A DNA stretch of 64,000 nt from Auanema rhodensis (Eukaryota > Animalia > Nematoda), in contig CAXKVF010000090.1 of the NCBI GenBank assembly GCA_964057225.1, forward strand, positions 86,823 to 150,822, in the 5' to 3' direction. Position 1 is the first letter of the stretch. Each line of letters starts with the position of its first letter. Of the stretch, positions 10,913-24,816 are shown in pieces. Under the pieces are notes generated by a model. It worked only from the letters and a program-made list of their open reading frames with translations. It did not search any database and had not been told where the DNA came from. The position numbers and the translations under genes were made by a program.

Positions 10913-13900
10913 TCCATATTAGTCTAAAAACAAATTTTTATTGATATTGGTTCATGGTAACCATGACTTTGAAATTTACGTGAACTTTAATTTATGCTAA
11001 TTAAATGTACACGTGATGTGCACTTGGTATGTAACTCGCTTCACGTGAAAGATAAAGAGATGCGGTTTTCAAAATTAGATTCCCCATGTCCATATTAGTC
11101 TAAAAACAAATTTTTATTGATATTGGTTCATGGTAACCATGACTTTGAAATTTACGTGAACTTTAATTTATGCTAATTAAATGTACACGTGATGTGCACT
11201 TGGTATGTAACTCGCTTCACGTGAAAGATAAAGAGATGCGGTTTTCAAAATTAGATTCCCCATGTCCATATTAATCTAAAAACAAATTTTTATTGATATT
11301 GGTTCATGGTAACCATGACTTTGAAATTTACGTGAACTTTAATTTATGCTAATTAAATGTACACGTGATGTGCACTTGGTATGTAACTCGCTTCACGTGA
11401 AAGATAAAGAGATGCGGTTTTCAAAATTAGATTCCCCATGTCCATATTAATCTAAAAACAAATTTTTATTGATATTGGTTCATGGTAACCATGACTTTGA
11501 AATTTACGTGAACTTTAATTTATGCTAATTAAATGTACACGTGATGTGCACTTGGTATGTAACTCGCTTCACGTGAAAGATAAAGAGATGCGGTTTTCAA
11601 AATTAGATTCCCCATGTCCATATTAATCTAAAAACAAATTTTTATTGATATTGGTTCATGGTAACCATGACTTTGAAATTTACGTGAACTTTAATTTATG
11701 CTAATTAAATGTACACGTGATGTGCACTTGGTATGTAACTCGCTTCACGTGAAAGATAAAGAGATGCGGTTTTCAAAATTAGATTCCCCATGTCCATATT
11801 AGTCTAAAAACAAATTTTTATTGATATTGGTTCATGGTAACCATGACTTTGAAATTTACGTGAACTTTAATTTATGCTAATTAAATGTACACGTGATGTG
11901 CACTTGGTATGTAACTCGCTTCACGTGAAAGATAAAGAGATGCGGTTTTCAAAATTAGATTCCCCATGTCCAGATTAGTCTAAAAACAAATTTTTATTGA
12001 TATTGGTTCATGGTAACCATGACTTTGAAATTTACGTGAACTTTAATTTATGCTAATTAAATGTACACGTGATGTGCACTTGGTATGTAACTCGCTTCAC
12101 GTGAAAGATAAAGAGATGCGGTTTTCAAAATTAGATTCCCCTTGTCCATATTAGTCTAAAAACAAATTTTTATTGATATTGGTTCATGGTAACCATGACT
12201 TTGAAATTTACGTGAACTTTAATTTATGCTAATTAAATGTACACGTGATGTGCACTTGGTATGTAACTCGCTTCACGTGAAAGATAAAGAGATGCGGTTT
12301 TCAAAATTAGATTCCCCTTGTCCATATTAGTCTAAAAACAAATTTTTATTGATATTGGTTCATGGTAACCATGACTTTGAAATTTACGTGAACTTTAATT
12401 TATGCTAATTAAATGTACACGTGATGTGCACTTGGTATGTAACTCTCTTCACGTGAAAGATAAAGAGATGCGGTTTTCAAAATTAGATTCCCCATGTCCA
12501 TATTAGTCTAAAAACAAATTTTTATTGATATTGGTGCATGGTAACCATGACTTTGAAATTTACGTGAACTTTAATTTATGCTAATTAAATGTACACGTGA
12601 TGTGCACTTGGTATGTAACTCGCTTCACGTGAAAGATAAAGAGATGCGGTTTTCAAAATTAGATTACCCATGTCCATATTAGTCTAAAAACAAATTTTCA
12701 TTGATATTGATTCATGGTAACCATGACTTTGAAATTTACGTGAACTTTAATTTATGCTAATTAAATGTACACGTGATGTGCACTTGGTATGTAACTCTCT
12801 TCACGTGAAAGATAAAGAGATGCGGTTTTCAAAATTAGATTCCCCATGTCCATATTAGTCTAAAAACAAATTTTTATTGATATTGGTGCATGGTAACCAT
12901 GACTTTGAAATTTACGTGAACTTTAATTTATGCTAATTAAATGTACACGTGATGTGCACTTGGTATGTAACTCGCTTCACGTGAAAGATAAAGAGATGCG
13001 GTTTTCAAAATTAGATTCCCCATGTCCATATTAGTCTAAAAACAAATTTTTATTGATATTGGTGCATGGTAACCATGACTTTGAAATTTACGTGAACTTT
13101 AATTTATGCTAATTAAATGTACACGTGATGTGCACTTGGTATGTAACTCGCTTCACGTGAAAGATAAAGAGATGCGGTTTTCAAAATTAGATTACCCATG
13201 TCCATATTAGTCTAAAAACAAATTTTTATTGATATTGGTGCATGGTAACCATGACTTTTAAATTTACGTGAACTTTAATTTATGCTAATTAAATGTACAC
13301 GTGATGTGCACTTGGTATGTAATTCTCTTCACGTGAAAGATAAAGAGATGCGGTTTTCAAAATTAGATTCCCCATGTCCATATTAGTCTAAAAACAAATT
13401 TTTATTGATATTGGTGCATGGTAACCATGACTTTGAAATTTACGTGAACTTTAATTTATGCTAATTAAATGTACACGTGATGTGCACTTGGTATGTAACT
13501 CGCTTCACGTGAAAGATAAAGAGATGCGGTTTTCAAAATTAGATTCCCCATGTCCATATTAGTCTAAAAACAAATTTTTATTGATATTGGTGCATAGTAA
13601 CCATGACTTTGAAATTTACGTGAACTTTAATTTATGCTAATTAAATGTACACGTGATGTGCACTTGGTATGTAACTCGCGTCACGTGAAAGATAAAGAGA
13701 TGCGGTTTTCAAAATTAGATTCCCCATGTCCATATTAGTCTAAAAACAAATTTTTATTGATATTGCTTCATGGTAACCATGACTTTGAAATTTACGTGAA
13801 CTTTAATTTATGCTAATTAAATGTACACGTGATGTGCACTTGGTATGTAACTCGCTTCACGTGAAAGATAAAGAGATGCGGTTTCCAAAATTAGATTCCC

Positions 13901-16900
13901 CATGTCCATATTAGTCTAAAAACAAATTTTTATTGATATTGGTTCATGGTAACCATGACTTTGAAATTTACGTGAACTTTAATTTATGCTAATTAAATGT
14001 ACACGTGATGTGCACTTGGTATGTAACTCGCTTCACGTGAAAGATAAAGAGATGCGGTTTTCAAAATTAGATTACCCATGTCCATATTAGTCTAAAAACA
14101 AATTTTTATTGATATTGGTTCATGGTAACCATGACTTTGAAATTTACGTGAACTTTAATTTATGCTAATTAAATGTACACGTGATGTGCACTTGGTATGT
14201 AACTCGCTTCACGTGAAAGATAAAGAGATGCGGTTTTCAAAATTAGATTACCCATGTCCATATTAGTCTAAAAACAAATTTTTATTGATATTGGTTCATG
14301 GTAACCATGACTTTGAAATTTACGTGAACTTTAATTTATGCTAATTAAATGTACACGTGATGTGCACTTGGTATGTAACTCGCTTCACGTGAAAGATAAA
14401 GAGATGCGGTTTTCAAAATTAGATTCCCCATGTCCATATTAGTCTAAAAACAAATTTTTATTGATATTGGTTCATGGTAACCATGACTTTGAAATTTACG
14501 TGAACTTTAATTTATGCTAATTAAATGTACACGTGATGTGCACTTGGTATGTAACTCGCTTCACGTGAAAGATAAAGAGATGCGGTTTTCAAAATTAGAT
14601 TCCCCATGTCCATATCAGTCTAAAAACAAAGTTTTATTGATATTGGTTCATGGTAACCATGACTTTGAAATTTACGTGAACTTTAATTTATGCTAATTAA
14701 ATGTACACGTGATGTGCACTTGGTATGTAACTCGCTTCACGTGAAAGATAAAGAGATGCGGTTTTCAAAATTAGATTCTCCATGTCCATATTAGTCTAAA
14801 AACAAATTTTTATTGATATTGCTTCATGGTAACCATGACTTTGAAATTTACGTGAACTTTAATTTATGCTAATTAAATGTACACGTGATGTGCACTTGGT
14901 ATGTAACTCGCTTCACGTGAAAGATAAAGAGATGCGGTTTTCAAAATTAGATTCCCCATGTCCATATTAGTCTAAAAACAAATTTTTATTGATATTGGTT
15001 CATGGTAACCATGACTTTGAAATTTACGTGAACTTTAATTTATGCTAATTAAATGTACACGTGATGTGCACTTGGTATGTAACTTGCTTCACGTGAAAGA
15101 TAAAGAGATGCGGTTTTCAAAATTAGATTCCCCATGTCCATATTAGTCTAAAAACAAAGTTTTATTGATATTGGTTCATGGTAACCATGACTTTGAAATT
15201 TACGTGAACTTTAATTTATGCTAATTAAATGTACACGTGATGTGCACTTGGTATGTAACTCGCTTCACGTGAAAAATAAAGAGATGCGGTTTTCAAAATT
15301 AGATTCCCCATGTCCATATTAGTCTAAAAACAAATTTTTATTGATATTGCTTCATGGTAACCATGACTTTGAAATTTACGTGAACTTTAATTTATGCTAA
15401 TTAAATGTACACGTGATGTGCACTTGGTATGTAACTCGCTTCACGTGAAAGATAAAGAGATGCGGTTTTCAAAATTAGATTCCCCATCTCCATATTAGTC
15501 TAAAAACAAATTTTTATTGATATTGGTTCATGGTAACCATGACTTTGAAATTTACGTGAACTTTAATTTATGCTAATTAAATGTACACGTGATGTGCACT
15601 TGGTATGTAACTCGCTTCACGTGAAAGATAAAGAGATGCGGTTTTCAAAATTAGATTCCCCATGTCCATATTAGTCTAAAAACAAATTTTTATTGATATT
15701 GGTTCATGGTAACCATGACTTTGAAATTTACGTGAACTTTAATTTATGCTTATTAAGTGTACACATGATGTGCACTTGGTATGTAACTCGCTTCACGTGA
15801 AAGATAAAGAGATGCGGTTTTCAAAATTAGATTCCCCATGTCCATATTAGTCTAAAAACAAATTTTTATTGATATTGCTTCATGGTAACCATGACTTTGA
15901 AATTTACGTGAACTTTAATTTATGCTAATTAAATGTACACGTGATGTGCACTTGGTATGTAACTCGCTTCACGTGAAAGATAAAGAGATGCGGTTTTCAA
16001 AATTAGATTCCCCATGTCCATATTAGTCTAAAAACAAATTTTTGTTGATATTGGTGGATGGTAACCATGACTTTGTAATTTACGTGAACTTTAATTTATG
16101 CTTATTAAGTGTACACATGATGTGCACTTGGTATGTAACTCGCTTCACGTGAAAGATAAAGAGATGCGGTTTTCAAAATTAGATTCCCCATGTCCATATT
16201 AGTCTAAAAACAAATTTTTATTGATATTGCTTCATGGTAACCATGACTTTGAAATTTACGTGAACTTTAATTTATGCTAATTAAATGTACACGTGATGTG
16301 CACTTGGTATGTAACTCGCTTCACGTGAAAGATAAAGAGATGCGGTTTTCAAAATTAGATTCCCCATGTCCATATTAGTCTAAAAACAAATTTTTATTGA
16401 TATTGCTTCATGGTAACCATGACTTTGAAATTTACGTGAACTTTAATTTATGCTAATTAAATGTACACGTGATGTGCACTTGGTATGTAACTCGCTTCAC
16501 GTGAAAGATAAAAAGATGCGGTTTTCAAAATTAGATTCCCCATGTCCATATTAGTCTAAAAACAAATTTTTATTGATATTGCTTCATGGTAACCATGACT
16601 TTGAAATTTACGTGAACTTTAATTTATGCTAATTAAATGTACACGTGATGTGCACTTGGTATGTAACTCGCTTCACGTGAAAGATAAAGAGATGCGGTTT
16701 TCAAAATTAGATTCCCCATGTCCATATTAGTCTAAAAACAAATTTTTATTGATATTGCTTCATGGTAACCATGACTTTGAAATTTACGTGAACTTTAATT
16801 TATGCTAATTAAATGTACACGTGATGTGCACTTGGTATGTAACTCGCTTCACGTGAAAGATAAAGAGATGCGGTTTTCAAAATTAGATTCCCCATGTCCA

Positions 16901-18459
16901 TATTAGTCTAAAAACAAATTTTTATTGATATTGGTGCATGGTAACCATGACTTTGAAATTTACGTGAACTTTAATTTATGCTAATTAAATGTACACGTGA
17001 TGTGCACTTGGTATGTAACTCGCTTCACGTGAAAGATAAAGAGATGCGGTTTTCAAAATTAGATTCCCCATGTCCATATTAGTCTAAAAACAAATTTTTA
17101 TTGAAATTGCTTCATGGTAACCATGACTTTGAAATTTACGTGAACTTTAATTTATGCTAATTAAATGTACACGTGATGTGCACTTGGTATGTAACTCGCT
17201 TCACGTGAAAGATAAAGAGATGCGGTTTTCAAAATTAGATTCCCCATGTCCATATTAGTCTAAAAACAAATTTTTATTGATATTGGTTCATGGTAACCAT
17301 GACTTTGAAATTTACGTGAACTTTAATTTATGCTAATTAAATGTACACGTGATGTGCACTTGGTATGTAACTCGCTTCACGTGAAAGATAAAGAGATGCG
17401 GTTTTCAAAATTAGATTCCCCATGTCCATATTAGTCTAAAAACAAATTTTTATTGATATTGGTTCATGGTAACCATGACTTTGAAATTTACGTGAACTTT
17501 AATTTATGCTAATTAAATGTACACGTGATGTGCACTTGGTATGTAACTCGCTTCACGTGAAAGATAAAGAGATGCGGTTTTCAAAATTAGATTCCCCATG
17601 TCCATATTAGTCTAAAAACAAATTTTTATTGATATTGGTGCATGGTAACCATGACTTTGAAATTTACGTGAACTTTAATTTATGCTTATTAAATGTACAC
17701 GTGATGTGCACTTGGTATGTAACTCGCTTCACGTGAAAGATAAAGAAATGCGGTTTTCAAAATTAGATTCCCCATGTCCATATTAGTCTAAAAACAAATT
17801 TTTATTGATATTGGTTCATGGTAACCATGACTTTGAAATTTACGTGAACTTTAATTTATGCTAATTAAATGTACACGTGATGTGCACTTGGTATGTAACT
17901 CGCTTCACGTGAAAGATAAAGAGATGCGGTTTTCAAAATTAGATTCCCCATGTCCATATTAGTCTAAAAACAAATTTTTATTGATATTGGTTCATGGTAA
18001 CCATGACTTTGAAATTTACGTGAACTTTAATTTATGCTAATTAAATGTACACGTGATGTGCACTTGGTATGTAACTCGCTTCACGTGAAAGATAAAGAGA
18101 TGCGGTTTTCAAAATTAGATTCCCCATGTCCATATTAGTCTAAAAACAAATTTTTATTGATATTGGTGCATGGTAACCATGACTTTGAAATTTACGTGAA
18201 CTTTAATTTATGCTAATTAAATGTACACGTGATGTGCACTTGGTATGTAACTCGCTTCACGTGAAAGATAAAGAGATGCGGTTTTCAAAATTAGATTCCC
18301 CATGTCCATATTAGTCTAAAAACAAATTTTTATTGATATTGGTGCATGGTAACCATGACTTTGAAATTTACGTGAACTTTAATTTATGCTAATTAAATGT
18401 ACACGTGATGTGCACTTGGTATGTAACTCGCTTCACGTGAAAGATAAAGAGATGCGGTT

Positions 18460-21400
18460 TTTAAAATTAGATTCCCCATGTCCATATTAGTCTAAAAACA
18501 AATTTTTATTGATATTGCTTCATGGTAACCATGACTTTGAAATTTACGTGAACTTTAATTTATGCTAATTAAATGTACACGTGATGTGCACTTGGTATGT
18601 AACTCGCTTCACGTGAAAGATAAAGAGATGCGGTTTTCAAAATTAGATTCCCCATGTCCATATTAGTCTAAAAACAAATTTTTATTGATATTGCTTCATG
18701 GTAACCATGACTTTGAAATTTACGTGAACTTTAATTTATGCTAATTAAATGTACACGTGATGTGCACTTGGTATGTAACTCGCTTCAAGTGAAAGATAAA
18801 GAGATGCGGTTTTCAAAATTAGATTCCCCATGTCCATATTAGTCTAAAAACAAATTTTTATTGATATTGCTTCATGGTAACCATGACTTTGAAATTTACG
18901 TGAACTTTAATTTATGCTAATTAAATGTACACGTGATGTGCACTTGGTATGTAACTCGCTTCACGTGAAAGATAAAAAGATGCGGTTTTCAAAATTAGAT
19001 TCCCCATGTCCATATTAGTCTAAAAACAAATTTTTATTGATATTGCTTCATGGTAACCATGACTTTGAAATTTACGTGAACTTTAATTTATGCTAATTAA
19101 ATGTACACGTGATGTGCACTTGGTATGTAACTCGCTTCACGTGAAAGATAAAGAGATGCGGTTTTCAAAATTAGATTCCCCATGTCCATATTAGTCTAAA
19201 AACAAATTTTTATTGATATTGCTTCATGGTAACCATGACTTTGAAATTTACGTGAACTTTAATTTATGCTAATTAAAAGTACACGTGATGTGCACTTGGT
19301 ATGTAACTCGCTTCACGTGAAAGATAAAGAGATGCGGTTTTCAAAATTAGATTCCCCATGTCCATATTAGTCTAAAAACAAATTTTTATTGATATTGGTT
19401 CATGGTAACCATGACTTTGAAATTTACGTGAACTTTAATTTATGCTAATTAAATGTACACGTGATGTGCACTTGGTATGTAACTCGCTTCACGTGAAAGA
19501 TAAAGAGATGCGGTTTTCAAAATTAGATTCCCCATGTCCATATTAGTCTAAAAACAAATTTTTATTGATATTGGTTCATGGTAACCATGACTTTGAAATT
19601 TACGTGAACTTTAATTTATGCTAATTAAATGTACACGTGATGTGCACTTGGTATGTAACTCGCTTCACGTGAAAGATAAAGAGATGCGGTTTTCAAAATT
19701 AGATTCCCCATGTCCATATTAGTCTAAAAACAAATTTTTATTGATATTGGTGCATGGTAACCATGACTTTGAAATTTACGTGAACTTTAATTTATGCTTA
19801 TTAAATGTACACGTGATGTGCACTTGGTATGTAACTCGCTTCACGTGAAAGATAAAGAAATGCGGTTTTCAAAATTAGATTCCCCATGTCCATATTAGTC
19901 TAAAAACAAATTTTTATTGATATTGGTTCATGGTAACCATGACTTTGAAATTTACGTGAACTTTAATTTATGCTAATTAAATGTACACGTGATGTGCACT
20001 TGGTATGTAACTCGCTTCACGTGAAAGATAAAGAGATGCGGTTCTCAAAATTAGATTCCCCATGTCCATATTAGTCTAAAAACAAATTTTTATTGATATT
20101 GCTTCATGGTAACCATGACTTTGAAATTTACGTGAACTTTAATTTATGCTAATTAAATGTACACGTGATGTGCACTTGGTATGTAACTCGCTTCACGTGA
20201 AAGATAAAGAGATGCGGTTTTCAAAATTAGATTCCCCATGTCCATATTAGTCTAAAAACAAATTTTTATTGATATTGGTGCATGGTAACCATGACTTTGA
20301 AATTTACGTGAACTTTAATTTATGCTAATTAAATGTACACGTGATGTGCACTTGGTATGTAACTCGCTTCACGTGAAAGATAAAGAGATGCGGTTTTCAA
20401 AATTAGATTCCCCATGTCCATATTAGTCTAAAAACAAATTTTTATTGAAATTGCTTCATGGTAACCATGACTTTGAAACTTACGTGAACTTTAATTTATG
20501 CTAATTAAATGTACACGTGATGTGCACTTGGTATGTAACTCGCTTCACGTGAAAGATAAAGAGATGCGGTTTTCAAAATTAGATTCCCCATGTCCATATT
20601 AGTCTAAAAACAAATTTTTATTGATATTGGTTCATGGTAACCATGACTTTGAAATTTACGTGAACTTTAATTTATGCTAATTAAATGTACACGTGATGTG
20701 CACTTGGTATGTAACTCGCTTCACGTGAAAGATAAAGAGATGCGGTTTTCAAAATTAGATTCCCCATGTCCATATTAGTCTAAAAACAAATTTTTATTGA
20801 TATTGGTTCATGGTAACCATGACTTTGAAATTTACGTGAACTTTAATTTATGCTAATTAAATGTACACGTGATGTGCACTTGGTATGTAACTCGCTTCAC
20901 GTGAAAGATAAAGAGATGCGGTTTTCAAAATTAGATTCCCCATGTCCATATTAGTCTAAAAACAAATTTTTATTGATATTGGTTCATGGTAACCATGACT
21001 TTGAAATTTACGTGAACTTTAATTTATGCTAATTAAATGTACACGTGATGTGCACTTGGTATGTAACTCGCTTCACGTGAAAGATAAAGAGATGCGGTTT
21101 TCAAAATTAGATTCCCCATGTCCATATTAGTCTAAAAACAAATTTTTATTGATATTGGTGCATGGTAACCATGACTTTGAAATTTACGTGAACTTTAATT
21201 TATGCTTATTAAATGTACACGTGATGTGCACTTGGTATGTAACTCGCTTCACGTGAAAGATAAAGAAATGCGGTTTTCAAAATTAGATTCCCCATGTCCA
21301 TATTAGTCTAAAAACAAATTTTTATTGATATTGGTTCATGGTAACCATGACTTTGAAATTTACGTGAACTTTAATTTATGCTAATTAAATGTACACGTGA

Positions 21401-24400
21401 TGTGCACTTGGTATGTAACTCGCTTCACGTGAAAGATAAAGAGATGCGGTTCTCAAAATTAGATTCCCCATGTCCATATTAGTCTAAAAACAAATTTTTA
21501 TTGATATTGCTTCATGGTAACCATGACTTTGAAATTTACGTGAACTTTAATTTATGCTAATTAAATGTACACGTGATGTGCACTTGGTATGTAACTCGCT
21601 TCACGTGAAAGATAAAGAGATGCGGTTTTCAAAATTAGATTCCCCATGTCCATATTAGTCTAAAAACAAATTTTTATTGATATTGGTGCATGGTAACCAT
21701 GACTTTGAAATTTACGTGAACTTTAATTTATGCTAATTAAATGTACACGTGATGTGCACTTGGTATGTAACTCGCTTCACGTGAAAGATAAAGAGATGCG
21801 GTTTTCAAAATTAGATTCCCCATGTCCATATTAGTCTAAAAACAAATTTTTATTGAAATTGCTTCATGGTAACCATGACTTTGAAACTTACGTGAACTTT
21901 AATTTATGCTAATTAAATGTACACGTGATGTGCACTTGGTATGTAACTCGCTTCACGTGAAAGATAAAGAGATGCGGTTTTCAAAATTAGATTCCCCATG
22001 TCCATATTAGTCTAAAAACAAATTTTTATTGATATTGGTTCATGGTAACCATGACTTTGAAATTTACGTGAACTTTAATTTATGCTAATTAAATGTACAC
22101 GTGATGTGCACTTGGTATGTAACTCGCTTCACGTGAAAGATAAAGAGATGCGGTTTTCAAAATTAGATTCCCCATGTCCATATTAGTCTAAAAACAAATT
22201 TTTATTGATATTGGTTCATGGTAACCATGACTTTGAAATTTACGTGAACTTTAATTTATGCTAATTAAATGTACACGTGATGTGCACTTGGTATGTAACT
22301 CGCTTCACGTGAAAGATAAAGAGATGCGGTTTTTAAAATTAGATTCCCCATGTCCATATTAGTCTAAAAACAAATTTTTATTGATATTGCTTCATGGTAA
22401 CCATGACTTTGAAATTTACGTGAACTTTAATTTATGCTAATTAAATGTACACGTGATGTGCACTTGGTATGTAACTCGCTTCACGTGAAAGATAAAGAGA
22501 TGCGGTTTTCAAAATTAGATTCCCCATGTCCATATTAGTCTAAAAACAAATTTTTATTGATATTGCTTCATGGTAACCATGACTTTGAAATTTACGTGAA
22601 CTTTAATTTATGCTAATTAAATGTACACGTGATGTGCACTTGGTATGTAACTCGCTTCAAGTGAAAGATAAAGAGATGCGGTTTTCAAAATTAGATTCCC
22701 CATGTCCATATTAGTCTAAAAACAAATTTTTATTGATATTGCTTCATGGTAACCATGACTTTGAAATTTACGTGAACTTTAATTTATGCTAATTAAATGT
22801 ACACGTGATGTGCACTTGGTATGTAACTCGCTTCACGTGAAAGATAAAAAGATGCGGTTTTCAAAATTAGATTCCCCATGTCCATATTAGTCTAAAAACA
22901 AATTTTTATTGATATTGCTTCATGGTAACCATGACTTTGAAATTTACGTGAACTTTAATTTATGCTAATTAAATGTACACGTGATGTGCACTTGGTATGT
23001 AACTCGCTTCACGTGAAAGATAAAGAGATGCGGTTTTCAAAATTAGATTCCCCATGTCCATATTAGTCTAAAAACAAATTTTTATTGATATTGCTTCATG
23101 GTAACCATGACTTTGAAATTTACGTGAACTTTAATTTATGCTAATTAAAAGTACACGTGATGTGCACTTGGTATGTAACTCGCTTCACGTGAAAGATAAA
23201 GAGATGCGGTTTTCAAAATTAGATTCCCCATGTCCATATTAGTCTAAAAACAAATTTTTATTGATATTGGTTCATGGTAACCATGACTTTGAAATTTACG
23301 TGAACTTTAATTTATGCTAATTAAATGTACACGTGATGTGCACTTGGTATGTAACTCGCTTCACGTGAAAGATAAAGAGATGCGGTTTTCAAAATTAGAT
23401 TCCCCATGTCCATATTAGTCTAAAAACAAATTTTTATTGATATTGGTTCATGGTAACCATGACTTTGAAATTTACGTGAACTTTAATTTATGCTAATTAA
23501 ATGTACACGTGATGTGCACTTGGTATGTAACTCGCTTCACGTGAAAGATAAAGAGATGCGGTTTTCAAAATTAGATTCCCCATGTCCATATTAGTCTAAA
23601 AACAAATTTTTATTGATATTGGTGCATGGTAACCATGACTTTGAAATTTACGTGAACTTTAATTTATGCTTATTAAATGTACACGTGATGTGCACTTGGT
23701 ATGTAACTCGCTTCACGTGAAAGATAAAGAAATGCGGTTTTCAAAATTAGATTCCCCATGTCCATATTAGTCTAAAAACAAATTTTTATTGATATTGGTT
23801 CATGGTAACCATGACTTTGAAATTTACGTGAACTTTAATTTATGCTAATTAAATGTACACGTGATGTGCACTTGGTATGTAACTCGCTTCACGTGAAAGA
23901 TAAAGAGATGCGGTTCTCAAAATTAGATTCCCCATGTCCATATTAGTCTAAAAACAAATTTTTATTGATATTGCTTCATGGTAACCATGACTTTGAAATT
24001 TACGTGAACTTTAATTTATGCTAATTAAATGTACACGTGATGTGCACTTGGTATGTAACTCGCTTCACGTGAAAGATAAAGAGATGCGGTTTTCAAAATT
24101 AGATTCCCCATGTCCATATTAGTCTAAAAACAAATTTTTATTGATATTGGTGCATGGTAACCATGACTTTGAAATTTACGTGAACTTTAATTTATGCTAA
24201 TTAAATGTACACGTGATGTGCACTTGGTATGTAACTCGCTTCACGTGAAAGATAAAGAGATGCGGTTTTCAAAATTAGATTCCCCATGTCCATATTAGTC
24301 TAAAAACAAATTTTTATTGAAATTGCTTCATGGTAACCATGACTTTGAAACTTACGTGAACTTTAATTTATGCTAATTAAATGTACACGTGATGTGCACT

Positions 24401-24816
24401 TGGTATGTAACTCGCTTCACGTGAAAGATAAAGAGATGCGGTTTTCAAAATTAGATTCCCCATGTCCATATTAGTCTAAAAACAAATTTTTATTGATATT
24501 GGTTCATGGTAACCATGACTTTGAAATTTACGTGAACTTTAATTTATGCTAATTAAATGTACACGTGATGTGCACTTGGTATGTAACTCGCTTCACGTGA
24601 AAGATAAAGAGATGCGGTTTTCAAAATTAGATTCCCCATGTCCATATTAGTCTAAAAACAAATTTTTATTGATATTGGTTCATGGTAACCATGACTTTGA
24701 AATTTACGTGAACTTTAATTTATGCTAATTAAATGTACACGTGATGTGCACTTGGTATGTAACTCGCTTCACGTGAAAGATAAAGAGATGCGGTTTTCAA
24801 AATTAGATTCCCCATG
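18460..24816. repeat. Block duplication with 22-monomer spacing containing a nested 8-monomer (1408 bp) duplication
   Basis: T158 18462/22334, A132 18788/22660 and A94 19278/23150 are all +3872. The block G40+T87+A147, C156, C38, G40, A33+C38+C63 starts at 19713, 21121 and 23585. Confidence 0.9.

Noticed and set aside
14514-14696. 60-aa ORF MLIKCTRDVHLV...FNLC
   Set aside because: It is satellite sequence. A private T>C at 14616 turns the consensus TAG into CAG and allows read-through in one copy. It has no recognisable domain or gene context.
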